Shown: positions 16,699-27,042 of the stretch, one piece after another | Position numbering within the stretch: the stretch's first letter is position 1 | Layout: each line of letters begins with the position of its first letter | Virus record (IMG/VR): IMGVR_UViG_3300031718_000001 | Span: 101,086-165,085 of that record | DNA length: 64,000 nucleotides | Source of the DNA: a virus | Direction: 5' to 3' (one strand) | Made by a program: the position numbers and the translations under genes | Notes under the pieces: generated by a model | Told to the model about the DNA's origin: nothing | Database searches by the model: none | The model's input: the letters and a program-made list of their open reading frames with translations, nothing else

Positions 16699-19287
16699 AT
16701 GGCCGTCTTTATGTATTCGCCAGGGATAAAGGTCTACATCTCAACCCAGAGCAACGGCATCGTGGACGTGTCCGACGACGTGACCCAGGGCAACATGGTG
16801 CGCCGGTCGGATGGGGTATCGAGCTTCAGCTTCCAGCTCCAGAACCCGTTCCGGAAGTACTCGGGCATCTTCACGCCGAACGACCGGATCATCGTGATGA
16901 TGAAGCGCATTAGCTGGCTGCGCGTCTTCACCGGCTACCTGAACGCTGTCCCGCTCGTCACGGCCTGGCCGTCGAGCGTGCAGATCACCGCGAGCTGCTC
17001 GCTCAAGCGGCTCCAGTACTGGTTCTGGGATCCGGGGCTGCCCGCCAGCCAGAACATGGTCGCCCAGGCGATGGCCACGGCCACCACCAACCCCGACGAC
17101 GGGGGCGTGACCAACGCGGTGATGGCGATCCTCCAGAACGTCGTCGGCTGGCCGGCCGCTAACGTGCACATCGCAGGCATCCCGCAGGCCTGGTCCACCT
17201 GGGCCTACAAGATCGCCCAGGCTGTCCAGGCGGAGACGGCCGAGGCCGACGCGCTCGCCCAGCAGTTCTACGCCACCCTCGGTGCCGGGGGAACCGTCGG
17301 CGGCACGACCGGCGGGGGCGTCACCGTGACCAGCGGGGCGCTGAAGGCCGGCACCTACGGCGGCGTCCAGCTCACTTCCAGCCAGTGCAGCTACGCGATC
17401 CTCATCTACAACGTCTGCATGCAAATGGGCGGCACTACCCGGGATGCTGCCGTCGGCATCATGACCGCCTACCAGGAGTCGCGCCTCCAGAACCTCAACT
17501 ATGGCACCGGCAGCTCGCTCGGGCTCTTCCAGCAGGAGAACAACGGGGCATGGGGGACCACGGCGCAGCGGCTCAACCCGACGCACGCGGCCCAGGCGTT
17601 CTTCCAGGTGCTGCTGGCAATCAGCAACCGCGACAGCATGACCATGGACCAGGAGGCCCAGGCCGTCCAGCGCAGCGGCTACCCCACTGCCTACGCCCAG
17701 TGGCAGACGATGGCCACCCAGGTGGTCAACATCATGGCCAACGGCCAGGGCGCCAGCTCGCTGGGCAACGCCGCAGCGTTCAGCGCGCTGATGGCCAACG
17801 GCAAGGCCGGCAAGACCGACTGCACCCAGCTCCTGGGCACCGCGCTCGGCCTGGTGGAGAGCAACACGAGCATCACCTACCAGGAAGGCGGCGACTCTGC
17901 CCCGAACGTCGCCGATCCGACGCTGCTCGACTGCTCGTCCTTCGTGCAGTGGTGCATCTACCACACCCTCGGCTCGCTCAACAACTGCCCGCGGACCTCC
18001 CAGGACCAGAGCGCCTGGTGCCAGGCCTCGGGGAAGATCGTCACCGTCGAGGAAGGCCTCAACATCCCGGGCGCCCTGATGTTCATCGGCAGTCCGGGCA
18101 GCGCGACCCACGTCGAGATCTCCTGCGGCACCGGCCAGAACACGGTCGGAGCCCACCACAGTGGCACCTACGCGGGCGTCGTGACGGCCGGCAGTGCTGT
18201 CTGGGGCTGCGCGGGCCTGGTTCCCGGCTTCGACTACTCGGCGTTCAGCGGCAAGGCCCCCGCCTACAAGGCCGTGCCCACCGGCAGCTCGCTGGCTTCG
18301 GGCAGCTTCACTGCGGTGAGCGCCCAGGGACTTCAGACCAGCCCGGCCAGCACTGAGCCCTGGTACAACCCGAACGACCAGTTCGACACGCTCTTCGGGT
18401 CCAATCCGTGGTTTCCGGTCTTCGATACCGAGGCTGCCACTGAGTCCTCGGTGTTCACCGGCCCGCGCGCCCTGCTGAACGACCAGCCGCTGCTGCCGTA
18501 CCTGAAGAACCTGTTCGGGTCGGTCATGCGGTCCTACTGCTCAGGCCCCAATGGCGACCTGATCGCCTGGTTCCCCGACTACTACGGGATCTGGGGCACG
18601 GCTGCGATCATGCGAGTCGAGCCGATCGAGTTGCAGGACTTCACCGTCTACTGGGACGACACCAACCTGGTCACCCACCAGTACACCGTGGCCCCGCCCG
18701 CCCAGCAGATGGACCTGGGCAGCGGCCAGAGCCTCGGCATCACCCTCCCGGCCACTGGCCAGACCATCCCGCTCGACGTGATCTACGCGATGACCACCAC
18801 CGGCATAGCCACCATCGACATCCCGGCGATCATGTACGCCCTGTTCGGCCTGGAGCCGACCAAGGCAGCGGCCCAGGCCTTCATCGACTACATCTACAAC
18901 CGGTTCGGCGCGCGGCCCGACCTGGAGCAACTCCCGGGCGTGATCGGCCCGCAAGGCGAGTTCTTCTCCGCGCTGTTCCTGTTCATGAGGTCCTGGGCCT
19001 ACCAGTACAACGCGGATATCCCGCTGACCTTCATGCCCGAGCTGTGGCCGGGCATGCTGATCCAGATCCCGGCCTTCAGCTTCCAGGCCTACGTGACCAC
19101 GGTGACCCACAGCTTCCAGATGGGGCCGGGCGGGTTCTTCAACACCACCGTGAACATCGCGGCGCCCGCGCGCCTGCCAGGCAGCGGCAACGACTCAGGC
19201 GGCCAGCTCATCGGCCTGCCGGTAGCCGGCGGCCTTACCGCGGGCACCAACCTGCCGATCCCCGGCGCCGGTACCGGGAGCACCTGA
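16699..19287 (+). CDS. Baseplate hub / tail-associated lysin with lysozyme-like and NlpC/P60 domains
   Basis: AYQES...GLFQQ lysozyme-like motif; DCSSFVQW...PRTS...HVEIS NlpC/P60 Cys-His. Confidence 0.8.
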   Translation: MAVFMYSPGIKVYISTQSNGIVDVSDDVTQGNMVRRSDGVSSFSFQLQNPFRKYSGIFTPNDRIIVMMKRISWLRVFTGYLNAVPLVTAWPSSVQITASCSLKRLQYWFWDPGLPASQNMVAQAMATATTNPDDGGVTNAVMAILQNVVGWPAANVHIAGIPQAWSTWAYKIAQAVQAETAEADALAQQFYATLGAGGTVGGTTGGGVTVTSGALKAGTYGGVQLTSSQCSYAILIYNVCMQMGGTTRDAAVGIMTAYQESRLQNLNYGTGSSLGLFQQENNGAWGTTAQRLNPTHAAQAFFQVLLAISNRDSMTMDQEAQAVQRSGYPTAYAQWQTMATQVVNIMANGQGASSLGNAAAFSALMANGKAGKTDCTQLLGTALGLVESNTSITYQEGGDSAPNVADPTLLDCSSFVQWCIYHTLGSLNNCPRTSQDQSAWCQASGKIVTVEEGLNIPGALMFIGSPGSATHVEISCGTGQNTVGAHHSGTYAGVVTAGSAVWGCAGLVPGFDYSAFSGKAPAYKAVPTGSSLASGSFTAVSAQGLQTSPASTEPWYNPNDQFDTLFGSNPWFPVFDTEAATESSVFTGPRALLNDQPLLPYLKNLFGSVMRSYCSGPNGDLIAWFPDYYGIWGTAAIMRVEPIELQDFTVYWDDTNLVTHQYTVAPPAQQMDLGSGQSLGITLPATGQTIPLDVIYAMTTTGIATIDIPAIMYALFGLEPTKAAAQAFIDYIYNRFGARPDLEQLPGVIGPQGEFFSALFLFMRSWAYQYNADIPLTFMPELWPGMLIQIPAFSFQAYVTTVTHSFQMGPGGFFNTTVNIAAPARLPGSGNDSGGQLIGLPVAGGLTAGTNLPIPGAGTGST

Positions 19288-22200
19288 TGGCGCCGCCCCG
19301 GGCAACCGTCAACGCGGCCACCCAGTCCGTCGGCTTCACCGCGAAGCTGGTCACGGTCCAGTCCGTCAGCGCCGACGGCACCCAGGCCGTGTGCGTGGAC
19401 CGGCAGAACACCCAGACCACCGTCAGCATGCTGGTGGAGCGCAGCAAGGGGCCGCTCCCGGCCGCGGGCGAGACCTGGCTCCTCGACCAGGCCCTGGGCA
19501 TGTGGACCTTTGCTGCCTTCGTGGCGACCTCCTCCGGCCAGTTCGCCGGGGGATCTAGCGGCTCGACGGCCGGGGGGTCGAAGATCACCGTGTCGTCCGA
19601 GTCCCCGGTCAACCCGCAGACGGATGACATCTGGGTCAACGGGTCCTCGGGCAACGCGATCTTCTGGTGGTCCGGCAACGCCTGGGTGGCTACCCAGTTC
19701 GGCACCGCGGCGCTCGCCAACGGCGCGGTCACCGCGGCGAAGATCGCCAGCAGCACCATCACCTCCGCGCAGATCTCTCCCGACGCCGGGATCACGGCCG
19801 GGCAGGTCGCCTTCACGGTTGGCGAGATCGGCGGCTCGCGGGTATGGACCGAGACATCCCAGCCGCAGGATCCGGGCATCGGCGACCTGTGGATTAACCC
19901 GGCCAACGGCAACATGGTCTCGACATGGAACGGCCAGCAGTGGACGGCCATCCAGTTCGGTGCGTCAGCGATCCAGCCGGAGAGCCTGACCGCCGCGCAG
20001 ATCTCGGCAGAGGCAGGTATCGGACCAGGGCAGGTCAGCTTCACGGCCAGCGACATCGGCGGAGTCACCACGTCGGTTTCGTCAGCCCAGCCGGCCAACC
20101 CGAATCTGGGCGACCTGTGGTTCAACGGCGCGGCCTCCTACGCCCTCTACGAGTGGAACGGCGCGGCCTGGGTGCCCTACCAGTTCGGCACTCAGGCGAT
20201 TGCGGCCGGGAGCGTCACGGCTGCGCTCATCGCGGCTAACACGATTACCGCCACCCAGATCGCCTCGGGAACGATCACCTCGGCCCAGATCGCCGCCGGG
20301 ACGATCACCGCGCAGAGCCTGGCCGTCGGCGGTGCAGTCAACTTCAACCCGTACTTCGCCGGCGGCTCGGTCACCGGCTGGGCCGGGTACCAGGGCGCGA
20401 TCACCGCGATACAGCCCAGCGGCTCGCCGTACCCCTGGGCCGCTCAGCTTGTCCCCAACGGCACCGGGTCGCTGCCTGCGATCCAGGGGTCGCCAGCACC
20501 GTTCCCGGTCATCCCCGGCCAGTACTACCTGGTGTCGGCTGTCGTCAATACCCCCGCGACGGGCGTGCAGCTCGGGTTCACCTGGGAGAACTCATCCCAG
20601 GGATTCCTGTCCACCTCGGCCGCCTCGATCGCCGTGCCGTCCAGCACGTGGGAGGTCATCTCCGCCATCCAGCAGGCACCGGCCGGGGCTGCCTTCGCCT
20701 ACCCCCTCGTCGCCCTGCCCGGCACGCCGCCGCCGAGCACCACGCTCGCCGTCGAGGCCTTCCTCGTGCTCACCCCGCTGAACGGCGGGATCATCGAGGC
20801 CGGCACGATCACGGCCGCGCAGATCGCCGCTGGCACCATCATTGCCGGGATCATCAACGGAACCACAGTGACCGGCGCGACCCTCCAGAACAGCGCGACG
20901 TTCCCGCGTACCTCGATCAATCCGGACGGATCGCTCACCATCACCAACAGCTCTGGCTCTGTCATCTTCAAAATCGGCCCGGACGGCACCATGTACTGGT
21001 ACAACCCGTCAGGGACCGAGTTGCAGATGGAACTCCAGCCCGGCGGTACCACGCTGATCTACCAGTCAGCTACCGGCCCGGTCGAGTTCGACTTCGAGGG
21101 CACCGGCACAGGCTCAACCGACAGCTTCACCCCGCAGAACGCCACCCTGGCCGCATCGAGCGCCTGGAGCTACACCGGCCAGTGGTCCCTGCTGATCACC
21201 TCGACGGGCGCCAGCACGTACGGAGCGACCTCGCCCGCCTTCGCGGTAGTCGCCGGAACCACCGTAACGGGCAGGCTCACGGTCTACGCCAGCATCCTGC
21301 TGAACGCCGTCTCGATCGGCGTCACCTTCTGGTCCGGCACCAACGGCACCGGCACCAACCTCGGCACGGTGAACGGAGACCTGGGCACCACGTCGATCGC
21401 CGCGACGGCCAACCAGGTGCTGACGATCACCGGGGCGGCCGTGCCGGCAGGCGCGCAGAGTGCCACGTTCTTTATCGAGGAGTCGTACGCCGACCCGTCC
21501 GGTACCCAGATCTGGATCGATACCGTGCTCTTCGCCGGCGGCCTGATCTACTCCAGCTCCCCGACAGCAGGAACTGACAGCTTCGGGAACACCGTCGAGC
21601 AGGGCACCAACTTCCGCGGCCTGCCGGGCCTGACCAATGTCTTTGGCGTCGAGGACCCCTATGGCCGCCAGCTCATGAAGGTGGACGCCTCGGGGAACAT
21701 CTCCGGCCAGCTCGTCAGCGCGGCTACCGATGTACAGATCGCCGGCAACTCGGTGTCTGCCCTGCTGGCCGACGCCCCCCAGGGCATCATCAACGCCGGG
21801 TGGACGCCAGTCGGCCCGTGGCCTTCTGCCGCGATCGGCTCGACTGAGACGGCGATCCTCGAACTCGACCAGTACCTCCAGGCCGGACGCTCGTACACGC
21901 TTCAGGTGCAGCCCTTCGACATCCAGGGCTCGAACGGCGGCAATTACCGGACCTACATCACCGTGCGCGCGACCTCGAACGGGACTACCCCGACCACCTC
22001 ATCGCCGGCGCTCGTCAGCAACACGCCGCTCAACTTCTCCGGCACCACCCAGGGCTCCTGCTGGATGCTGCACCCCGGCTACACCATCGTCATCAACCCG
22101 ACGGCTACCGGCCTCTACCGGTTCCTGGTCACCGGGAACACGAGCGGAGGCGGAGGCACGTTCCAGCTTGCCAGCTCGATGGTCGTGACGATCGAGGACA

Positions 22201-22787
22201 ACGGCATCCAGACCAACAACAACACGGCCAACAACGGGATCGCGCTGGGCACTGGCACCAGCGGGGCTGCGGGGGGCGCCCAGAACTGGACCGAGACTTT
22301 CACTCCTGCCGCCACCTGGTCTTACGGCCCGGGTGGCTCCCTGGTCTCCAGCGATGATGTCCTGTACCAGGGCGACTACGGGGGGAACAGCGGCTACGCC
22401 TATCACTCGTGGATCGAGTGGGGAGTCGGGTCGCTCGGCGACAATCTCAACACCGTCCTCAACTACTCGGTCCAGTCGGTGACCCTCACCCTGACCAACA
22501 TGTACAGCTACTACGCCGACGGTACGACCGTCTCGTTCCACAGTGGCACCACCCTGGGCAACCTGACGACCGTCTCGAACGAGTTGCAGAACTGGGCGAT
22601 GGGCGAGGGGCAGACCCTGGCGACCGAACTCATCGGGACGGCGTGGGCTCCCTTCAAGGCAGGCGGCCTGACGTATACCGTCCTGCACCCGCCCAGCAGC
22701 AGCCTCGCCCTCAACTACGCGGGATACTGGGCCGGCCCCGACATACCCGCTCAGCAGCCCCTCCTCACGGTCAAGTACAACCACTGA
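19287..22787 (+). CDS. Baseplate spike/tail fibre protein with carbohydrate-binding-like domains
   Basis: Follows the hub. Three GDLW...WNG..W repeats, ITAAQI repeats and two CBM-like beta domains. Confidence 0.7.
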   Translation: MAPPRATVNAATQSVGFTAKLVTVQSVSADGTQAVCVDRQNTQTTVSMLVERSKGPLPAAGETWLLDQALGMWTFAAFVATSSGQFAGGSSGSTAGGSKITVSSESPVNPQTDDIWVNGSSGNAIFWWSGNAWVATQFGTAALANGAVTAAKIASSTITSAQISPDAGITAGQVAFTVGEIGGSRVWTETSQPQDPGIGDLWINPANGNMVSTWNGQQWTAIQFGASAIQPESLTAAQISAEAGIGPGQVSFTASDIGGVTTSVSSAQPANPNLGDLWFNGAASYALYEWNGAAWVPYQFGTQAIAAGSVTAALIAANTITATQIASGTITSAQIAAGTITAQSLAVGGAVNFNPYFAGGSVTGWAGYQGAITAIQPSGSPYPWAAQLVPNGTGSLPAIQGSPAPFPVIPGQYYLVSAVVNTPATGVQLGFTWENSSQGFLSTSAASIAVPSSTWEVISAIQQAPAGAAFAYPLVALPGTPPPSTTLAVEAFLVLTPLNGGIIEAGTITAAQIAAGTIIAGIINGTTVTGATLQNSATFPRTSINPDGSLTITNSSGSVIFKIGPDGTMYWYNPSGTELQMELQPGGTTLIYQSATGPVEFDFEGTGTGSTDSFTPQNATLAASSAWSYTGQWSLLITSTGASTYGATSPAFAVVAGTTVTGRLTVYASILLNAVSIGVTFWSGTNGTGTNLGTVNGDLGTTSIAATANQVLTITGAAVPAGAQSATFFIEESYADPSGTQIWIDTVLFAGGLIYSSSPTAGTDSFGNTVEQGTNFRGLPGLTNVFGVEDPYGRQLMKVDASGNISGQLVSAATDVQIAGNSVSALLADAPQGIINAGWTPVGPWPSAAIGSTETAILELDQYLQAGRSYTLQVQPFDIQGSNGGNYRTYITVRATSNGTTPTTSSPALVSNTPLNFSGTTQGSCWMLHPGYTIVINPTATGLYRFLVTGNTSGGGGTFQLASSMVVTIEDNGIQTNNNTANNGIALGTGTSGAAGGAQNWTETFTPAATWSYGPGGSLVSSDDVLYQGDYGGNSGYAYHSWIEWGVGSLGDNLNTVLNYSVQSVTLTLTNMYSYYADGTTVSFHSGTTLGNLTTVSNELQNWAMGEGQTLATELIGTAWAPFKAGGLTYTVLHPPSSSLALNYAGYWAGPDIPAQQPLLTVKYNH

Positions 22788-22812
22788 CCGCCGGCCCGGA
22801 AGAAATGAGGAG

Positions 22813-23259
22813 GTGGGCGCCATCAGGGACCTACAGCTCGTCGGCGGCGACCTGTTCGCATCCGGCCGCGGATTCGCCACCGTCACCGGGGTGAACTACG
22901 TGCGCCAGCGCGTGGCCACGGCCCTGTCCGAGCCGTACGGCTCCGACCCGTACAACCCCGCCTGGGGCTCGGCCCTGTCCGGGTACCTGGGCGGCCCGCA
23001 GGTCGCCGGGACCTCCGCGCTGATCACCTCCGAGGTGTCCCGCGTGCTGGCCGGCCTGATCGCCGCGCAGCAGCTCATGATCACCTCCAGCGCCATGCAG
23101 GGTACCCGGAGCCAGCTCGCCGCGGCCGACACGATCGCCTCGGTGGACAGCGTGAATGCCTCGGCCGGGATCAGGCCCGACGCCATCGCCGTGGCGGTCT
23201 CCCTCACGACCCAGGGCGGCCAGCAGTTCCAGGTCGCGCGGATGGTGACCGGCTCATGA
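22813..23259 (+). CDS. Baseplate wedge protein (gp25/GPW-like)
   Basis: GSDPYNPAWGS motif; directly before baseplate J. Confidence 0.75.
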   Translation: MGAIRDLQLVGGDLFASGRGFATVTGVNYVRQRVATALSEPYGSDPYNPAWGSALSGYLGGPQVAGTSALITSEVSRVLAGLIAAQQLMITSSAMQGTRSQLAAADTIASVDSVNASAGIRPDAIAVAVSLTTQGGQQFQVARMVTGS

Positions 23260-25103
23260 CCACGCCCGCCGTCGCGACCATGCAGAGTACCCAGGCCGGC
23301 TGGTCCTCCCAGATCTGCGCCGCGCTGGCCGTCAGCGACCCGGACCTCGACACCTCGGTCGGCTCGGTTACCCGGAAGATCGTCGATGCGGCGGCGGCCT
23401 CGCTCGCCGCGGCCACGCTCGATACCCAGATGCTGAGCTACCAGTACGACATCAACTCGATGACGGGGGCCGCGCTCGACGCCTTTGTCCAGCAGTTCGG
23501 CATGACCCGCTATCCGGCGCTGCGGGCTACCGGCACGGTGACGTTCACCCGCGGCACGGCTACTGACGTAGTGACGGTACCGGTTGCCGCGCAGGTCGGG
23601 TCATCTGACGGCACCGTGGTGGTGCAGACGCTCACGGCAGGCATCCTGGAGCCCGCCGCGCTCTCGGTCACGGTGCCCGTCCAGGCGGTCGTATCCGGCC
23701 CGCAGGGAAACGTCGCGGCCGGGGCGCTCACCCAGATCATGACCGCGGTCAGCGAGGTCACCTCGTGCACCAACGTGAACGCCCTGACCGGCGGGGCCAA
23801 CCAGGAGACCGATACCCAGCTCATCGCCCGGTGGAAGGCGACCGTCTTCAAGAACATGGCCGGGACCAGCCAGATGTTCCTGGGCATCGCGCTGAACGAC
23901 CAGGACTGCACCGCGGCCAACGTGATCGACGGCCAGACCAGGTTCCGCGAGCAGCTCCAGATCAGCAGCAACCAGGCCGTTTCCACCGTCTCTGACGCCC
24001 AGTACGTGTACCCGGCTGGCCAGGTGGTCGGCCAGGACATCGACAACGGCAACATCGCGGCGCCGGGCATCCAGTACACCTGGGACTACTCGGCTATCCC
24101 GCCGGTCGTGCAGGTCATCGACCAGTCCTACTTCCCTCCGGGGCAGCTCATCGACGTGAGCTTCCTGTACATCGACGAGTTCAGCCGCAACTCCCCGGCC
24201 GCGGGCATCTACAGCCGGGTGGACGTGTGGTGCGCCGGCCAGCGGCCGGAGAACGCGGCGGCCACGGTCAAGTACACCAACGCGACCACGTTCCAGGCCT
24301 CGTCCTCGTCGAGCTGGTACACCGGCAACTTCATCCGCCCCGACGGCACCCAGCCGGCCGCGGGCAACATCTTCGTGCCGCTGCCCTTCGGGCCGATCCT
24401 CACCGTCGATAGCGTCGTGGTGCTCAACGGCACCACGTACGGCCTGGCCAGCGAGGCCAACCCGCTGGGGACCTCCGCGAGCGGCGTCGATTACGCCTAC
24501 CAGATCGTGCACCGTACCGGGGCCTACGGATTCAGCCCCTACTCGGACTTCGGTCTGGAGTGGGCCGCCTCGATGCAGCCGGCCACCGGCACCCCGATCA
24601 CGATCAGCGAGGACTACACCTACAACGACGTGCCGAACGCCATCCAGTCCAACCTGGAGAACTGGCGGATGGCCGGCTTCGACGCGCAGGCCCACCAGGG
24701 CATCCAGGTGCAGCTCCAGTTCAGTCTGGCCGTCATCTACGACCCGTCGGTTACCCAGTCGGTCACGCAGGCGGCGATCAGCACCGCGATCCAGTCCTAC
24801 CTCTCCCAGCTCGGCTTCAACAGCCGGATCTACCCGTCCAGCGTGCTCCAGGCGGTCGAGAACACTCCAGGTGTCACGGCCTGCCGGTTCCTCACCGCCC
24901 TGGACTACCCGGGCTGGAACCCGGAGGCGCCCGACGACTTCAATGTTGGCATCCAGGCGGTCTACGGCGGCGTCGTGATGACCAGCTACGTGGACTCCAG
25001 CGGCAATCCGACCGATATCGAGTTCGGTGCAGCGCAGATGCCCGCCTTCGGCGGCACGGTGCTGGTCACGAAGGCGGGCAACACGATGGGCTCGTTCGCC
25101 TAG
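23256..25103 (+). CDS. Baseplate J-like protein
   Basis: GAALD...R..A..ATGTVTF, G..GNV..G.L and GG...ETD..L..R signatures. Confidence 0.9.
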   Translation: MTTPAVATMQSTQAGWSSQICAALAVSDPDLDTSVGSVTRKIVDAAAASLAAATLDTQMLSYQYDINSMTGAALDAFVQQFGMTRYPALRATGTVTFTRGTATDVVTVPVAAQVGSSDGTVVVQTLTAGILEPAALSVTVPVQAVVSGPQGNVAAGALTQIMTAVSEVTSCTNVNALTGGANQETDTQLIARWKATVFKNMAGTSQMFLGIALNDQDCTAANVIDGQTRFREQLQISSNQAVSTVSDAQYVYPAGQVVGQDIDNGNIAAPGIQYTWDYSAIPPVVQVIDQSYFPPGQLIDVSFLYIDEFSRNSPAAGIYSRVDVWCAGQRPENAAATVKYTNATTFQASSSSSWYTGNFIRPDGTQPAAGNIFVPLPFGPILTVDSVVVLNGTTYGLASEANPLGTSASGVDYAYQIVHRTGAYGFSPYSDFGLEWAASMQPATGTPITISEDYTYNDVPNAIQSNLENWRMAGFDAQAHQGIQVQLQFSLAVIYDPSVTQSVTQAAISTAIQSYLSQLGFNSRIYPSSVLQAVENTPGVTACRFLTALDYPGWNPEAPDDFNVGIQAVYGGVVMTSYVDSSGNPTDIEFGAAQMPAFGGTVLVTKAGNTMGSFA

Positions 25104-25564
25104 TCGTTCTCCCAGACGCCGGACAGGGCGGCGAAGGCCTCCTCCGGCGTGCCCTGGTGGGCTCCTGCGCCGTCGAACCACCAGCCCATCTCGGCGAACT
25201 GCTTCCGGGTGGCCATGACGTGATCCCTGGCGGTCGAGCGATTCATTTCCGCCTGATCGGCTATGGCAGCCCAGCTCAGCCCGTACTGATCCCGGGCGGC
25301 CAGCAGGAGCATCTCCATCCGGTTGCGGCATATGCCCGCGACGAAAGCGAACTCGCCGAGCATCGAGCGGGCGTAAGCTGCATCCTCGGCCGGGAACTCC
25401 ATCGGCCGCGGGTAGATCCGCAGGAACGTCTCCAGCCGGTCGCGCATCAGCAGGCCGACGATGTGGCCGTCCGGATCCTCGCCCGCGTCGATGGTGATCA
25501 CGATCTGGCTGGCCCGGCGCTCGCCGTTGCCCAGCATGTGCCCGAGCGTGTACTTCACGTCCAT
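25100..25564 (-). CDS. HTH-containing moron protein
   Basis: RBS GAGGAGG; GLSWAAIADQAEMNRSTARD helix-turn-helix. Confidence 0.65.
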   Translation of the reverse strand: MDVKYTLGHMLGNGERRASQIVITIDAGEDPDGHIVGLLMRDRLETFLRIYPRPMEFPAEDAAYARSMLGEFAFVAGICRNRMEMLLLAARDQYGLSWAAIADQAEMNRSTARDHVMATRKQFAEMGWWFDGAGAHQGTPEEAFAALSGVWEND

Positions 25565-25576
25565 GTTTCCTCCTCT

Positions 25577-25620
25577 GGTGTACGGTTTCCGTACACCTCC
25601 TACTGTACGGTTTCCGTATA
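25577..25620. promoter_or_regulatory. Tandem palindromic operators TGTACGG-TTT-CCGTA(C/T)A
   Basis: Two copies (25577-25597 with perfect 9-bp arms; 25604-25620) upstream of the HTH gene. Confidence 0.65.
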
Positions 25621-25665
25621 GCAAAGGGAAGTCCGGGACGGCCCCGGAAGAAATGAGGAGGGAGC

Positions 25666-27042
25666 ATGCCGCAGGTACTCACCGACACGATGAACACGGG
25701 CGTGATCAGCAACGGCGGGACCGACCTGTTCTCGTACCCGAACGTCAGGCCCGCCAGCATCCTGGGACTCCAGACCCCATCGACTCAGCCGCTGCCGCCG
25801 GGAACTGACACTGCTACTAACCTGCTCAATCCTGACTACCAGGTGGCCGCCCAGCTCAGGAACTTCCCGGGCAACGTCTACAACCTCAATCCCACCAGCC
25901 TGCTAGTCCACTTCATGACCGCGCTGCTGGGCAACTCCGGCATAGGGCAGCTCCGCAAGCGGCAGATGGTCTCCCGGCTCCAGCAGGCCGTCAGCTCGAC
26001 CCAGTTCTACGACCTGGACTCGTTCTACGGCGCCCTGTTCGGCGCGCAGCGCGGCCCTTCCGGCGCCCTGCCGGTCAATCCGAGCACCGGCCTCCCGGTG
26101 AGCCCCTACACCGACCTGGCGAGCCCGGACGCCTGGGACGAGATACAGGCGATCGACGCCACCTTCCGCGAGCGCATCATCCAGCTCGCCCGCGCGATCA
26201 CCCTGGGCGCGACCGTGCCGGGGATGCAGGCCCTGGCCGAGGCGATCACGGGAGTCGAGTGCTCGGTCTACGAGGTCTGGCGCCTGCTCGACCAGGCCGA
26301 AGGCCCGGCGCCGGGGTACCAGACCTGGGAGCAGGTCATGGCCGCTAACCCGTACTGGTCCTCGTTCCCGGCGTCGGAGACGTGGCAGGCCGTCGAGGGG
26401 GTGGTGAGCTTCGCCGGCCTGATGGGCAACGGCACGCCGCAGGAGATCGTGCTCCAGCCGAAGAAGAACTATCCCTCGACACTAGCCGGACAGCAGGAGC
26501 AGGGCGCCGACATGTTCGGCATCCTGTCCGTTGTCGAGGTGCTCCGCCCCGCTGCCTCGCTGATCACGGTAGACACCACGGCACCGCAGATTGCCGTGCC
26601 CGCCCAGGTCGCGTCTGCCTGGGCCGACAGCCAGTACTGGGAGATCGTCCAGCTCGTCACGCCCGCTAACGCCGCGAGCCCGGCCTACCAGGCCATCGCG
26701 GGCTCCTACCAGGGCAGCAACGCCAGCGAGCTGCCGCCAGGCACCTACGTCGCGCCGAGCCCGCCGATGAGCCGCTCGTCCGGCAGCCAGTACAGCTACG
26801 CGGGCGACGTGACCACGGTCACGGCCGCGGCCACCTCCGGCGGCGACCCGAACAGCGCTGTGGTCAGCGACGGCCAGGACTTCGAGACCGTGGTGTTCCC
26901 GGGCGCGAGCACCGTCCAGTACCCGCCCGTCCAGGCAGTTATCCCGCCGGACCAGGCCCAGACCGCGCGCACCGCGTCGGCCGTCACGGTCATGGCTGCC
27001 CCCTATTCCGGCCCGCGGGTGCCGGTAATGCGGGCATCGTGA
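25666..27042 (+). CDS. Baseplate wedge protein (tail protein I-like)
   Basis: Follows baseplate J; DATFRERI...GAT..G motif; late motif and RBS upstream. Confidence 0.65.
   Translation: MPQVLTDTMNTGVISNGGTDLFSYPNVRPASILGLQTPSTQPLPPGTDTATNLLNPDYQVAAQLRNFPGNVYNLNPTSLLVHFMTALLGNSGIGQLRKRQMVSRLQQAVSSTQFYDLDSFYGALFGAQRGPSGALPVNPSTGLPVSPYTDLASPDAWDEIQAIDATFRERIIQLARAITLGATVPGMQALAEAITGVECSVYEVWRLLDQAEGPAPGYQTWEQVMAANPYWSSFPASETWQAVEGVVSFAGLMGNGTPQEIVLQPKKNYPSTLAGQQEQGADMFGILSVVEVLRPAASLITVDTTAPQIAVPAQVASAWADSQYWEIVQLVTPANAASPAYQAIAGSYQGSNASELPPGTYVAPSPPMSRSSGSQYSYAGDVTTVTAAATSGGDPNSAVVSDGQDFETVVFPGASTVQYPPVQAVIPPDQAQTARTASAVTVMAAPYSGPRVPVMRAS

Noticed and set aside
23601-25760. Long antisense ORFs (also 31825-33390, 35573-37090, 56360-59653, 16741-18159)
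   Set aside because: These are shadow ORFs opposite well-supported genes, expected at high GC3, with no motifs.
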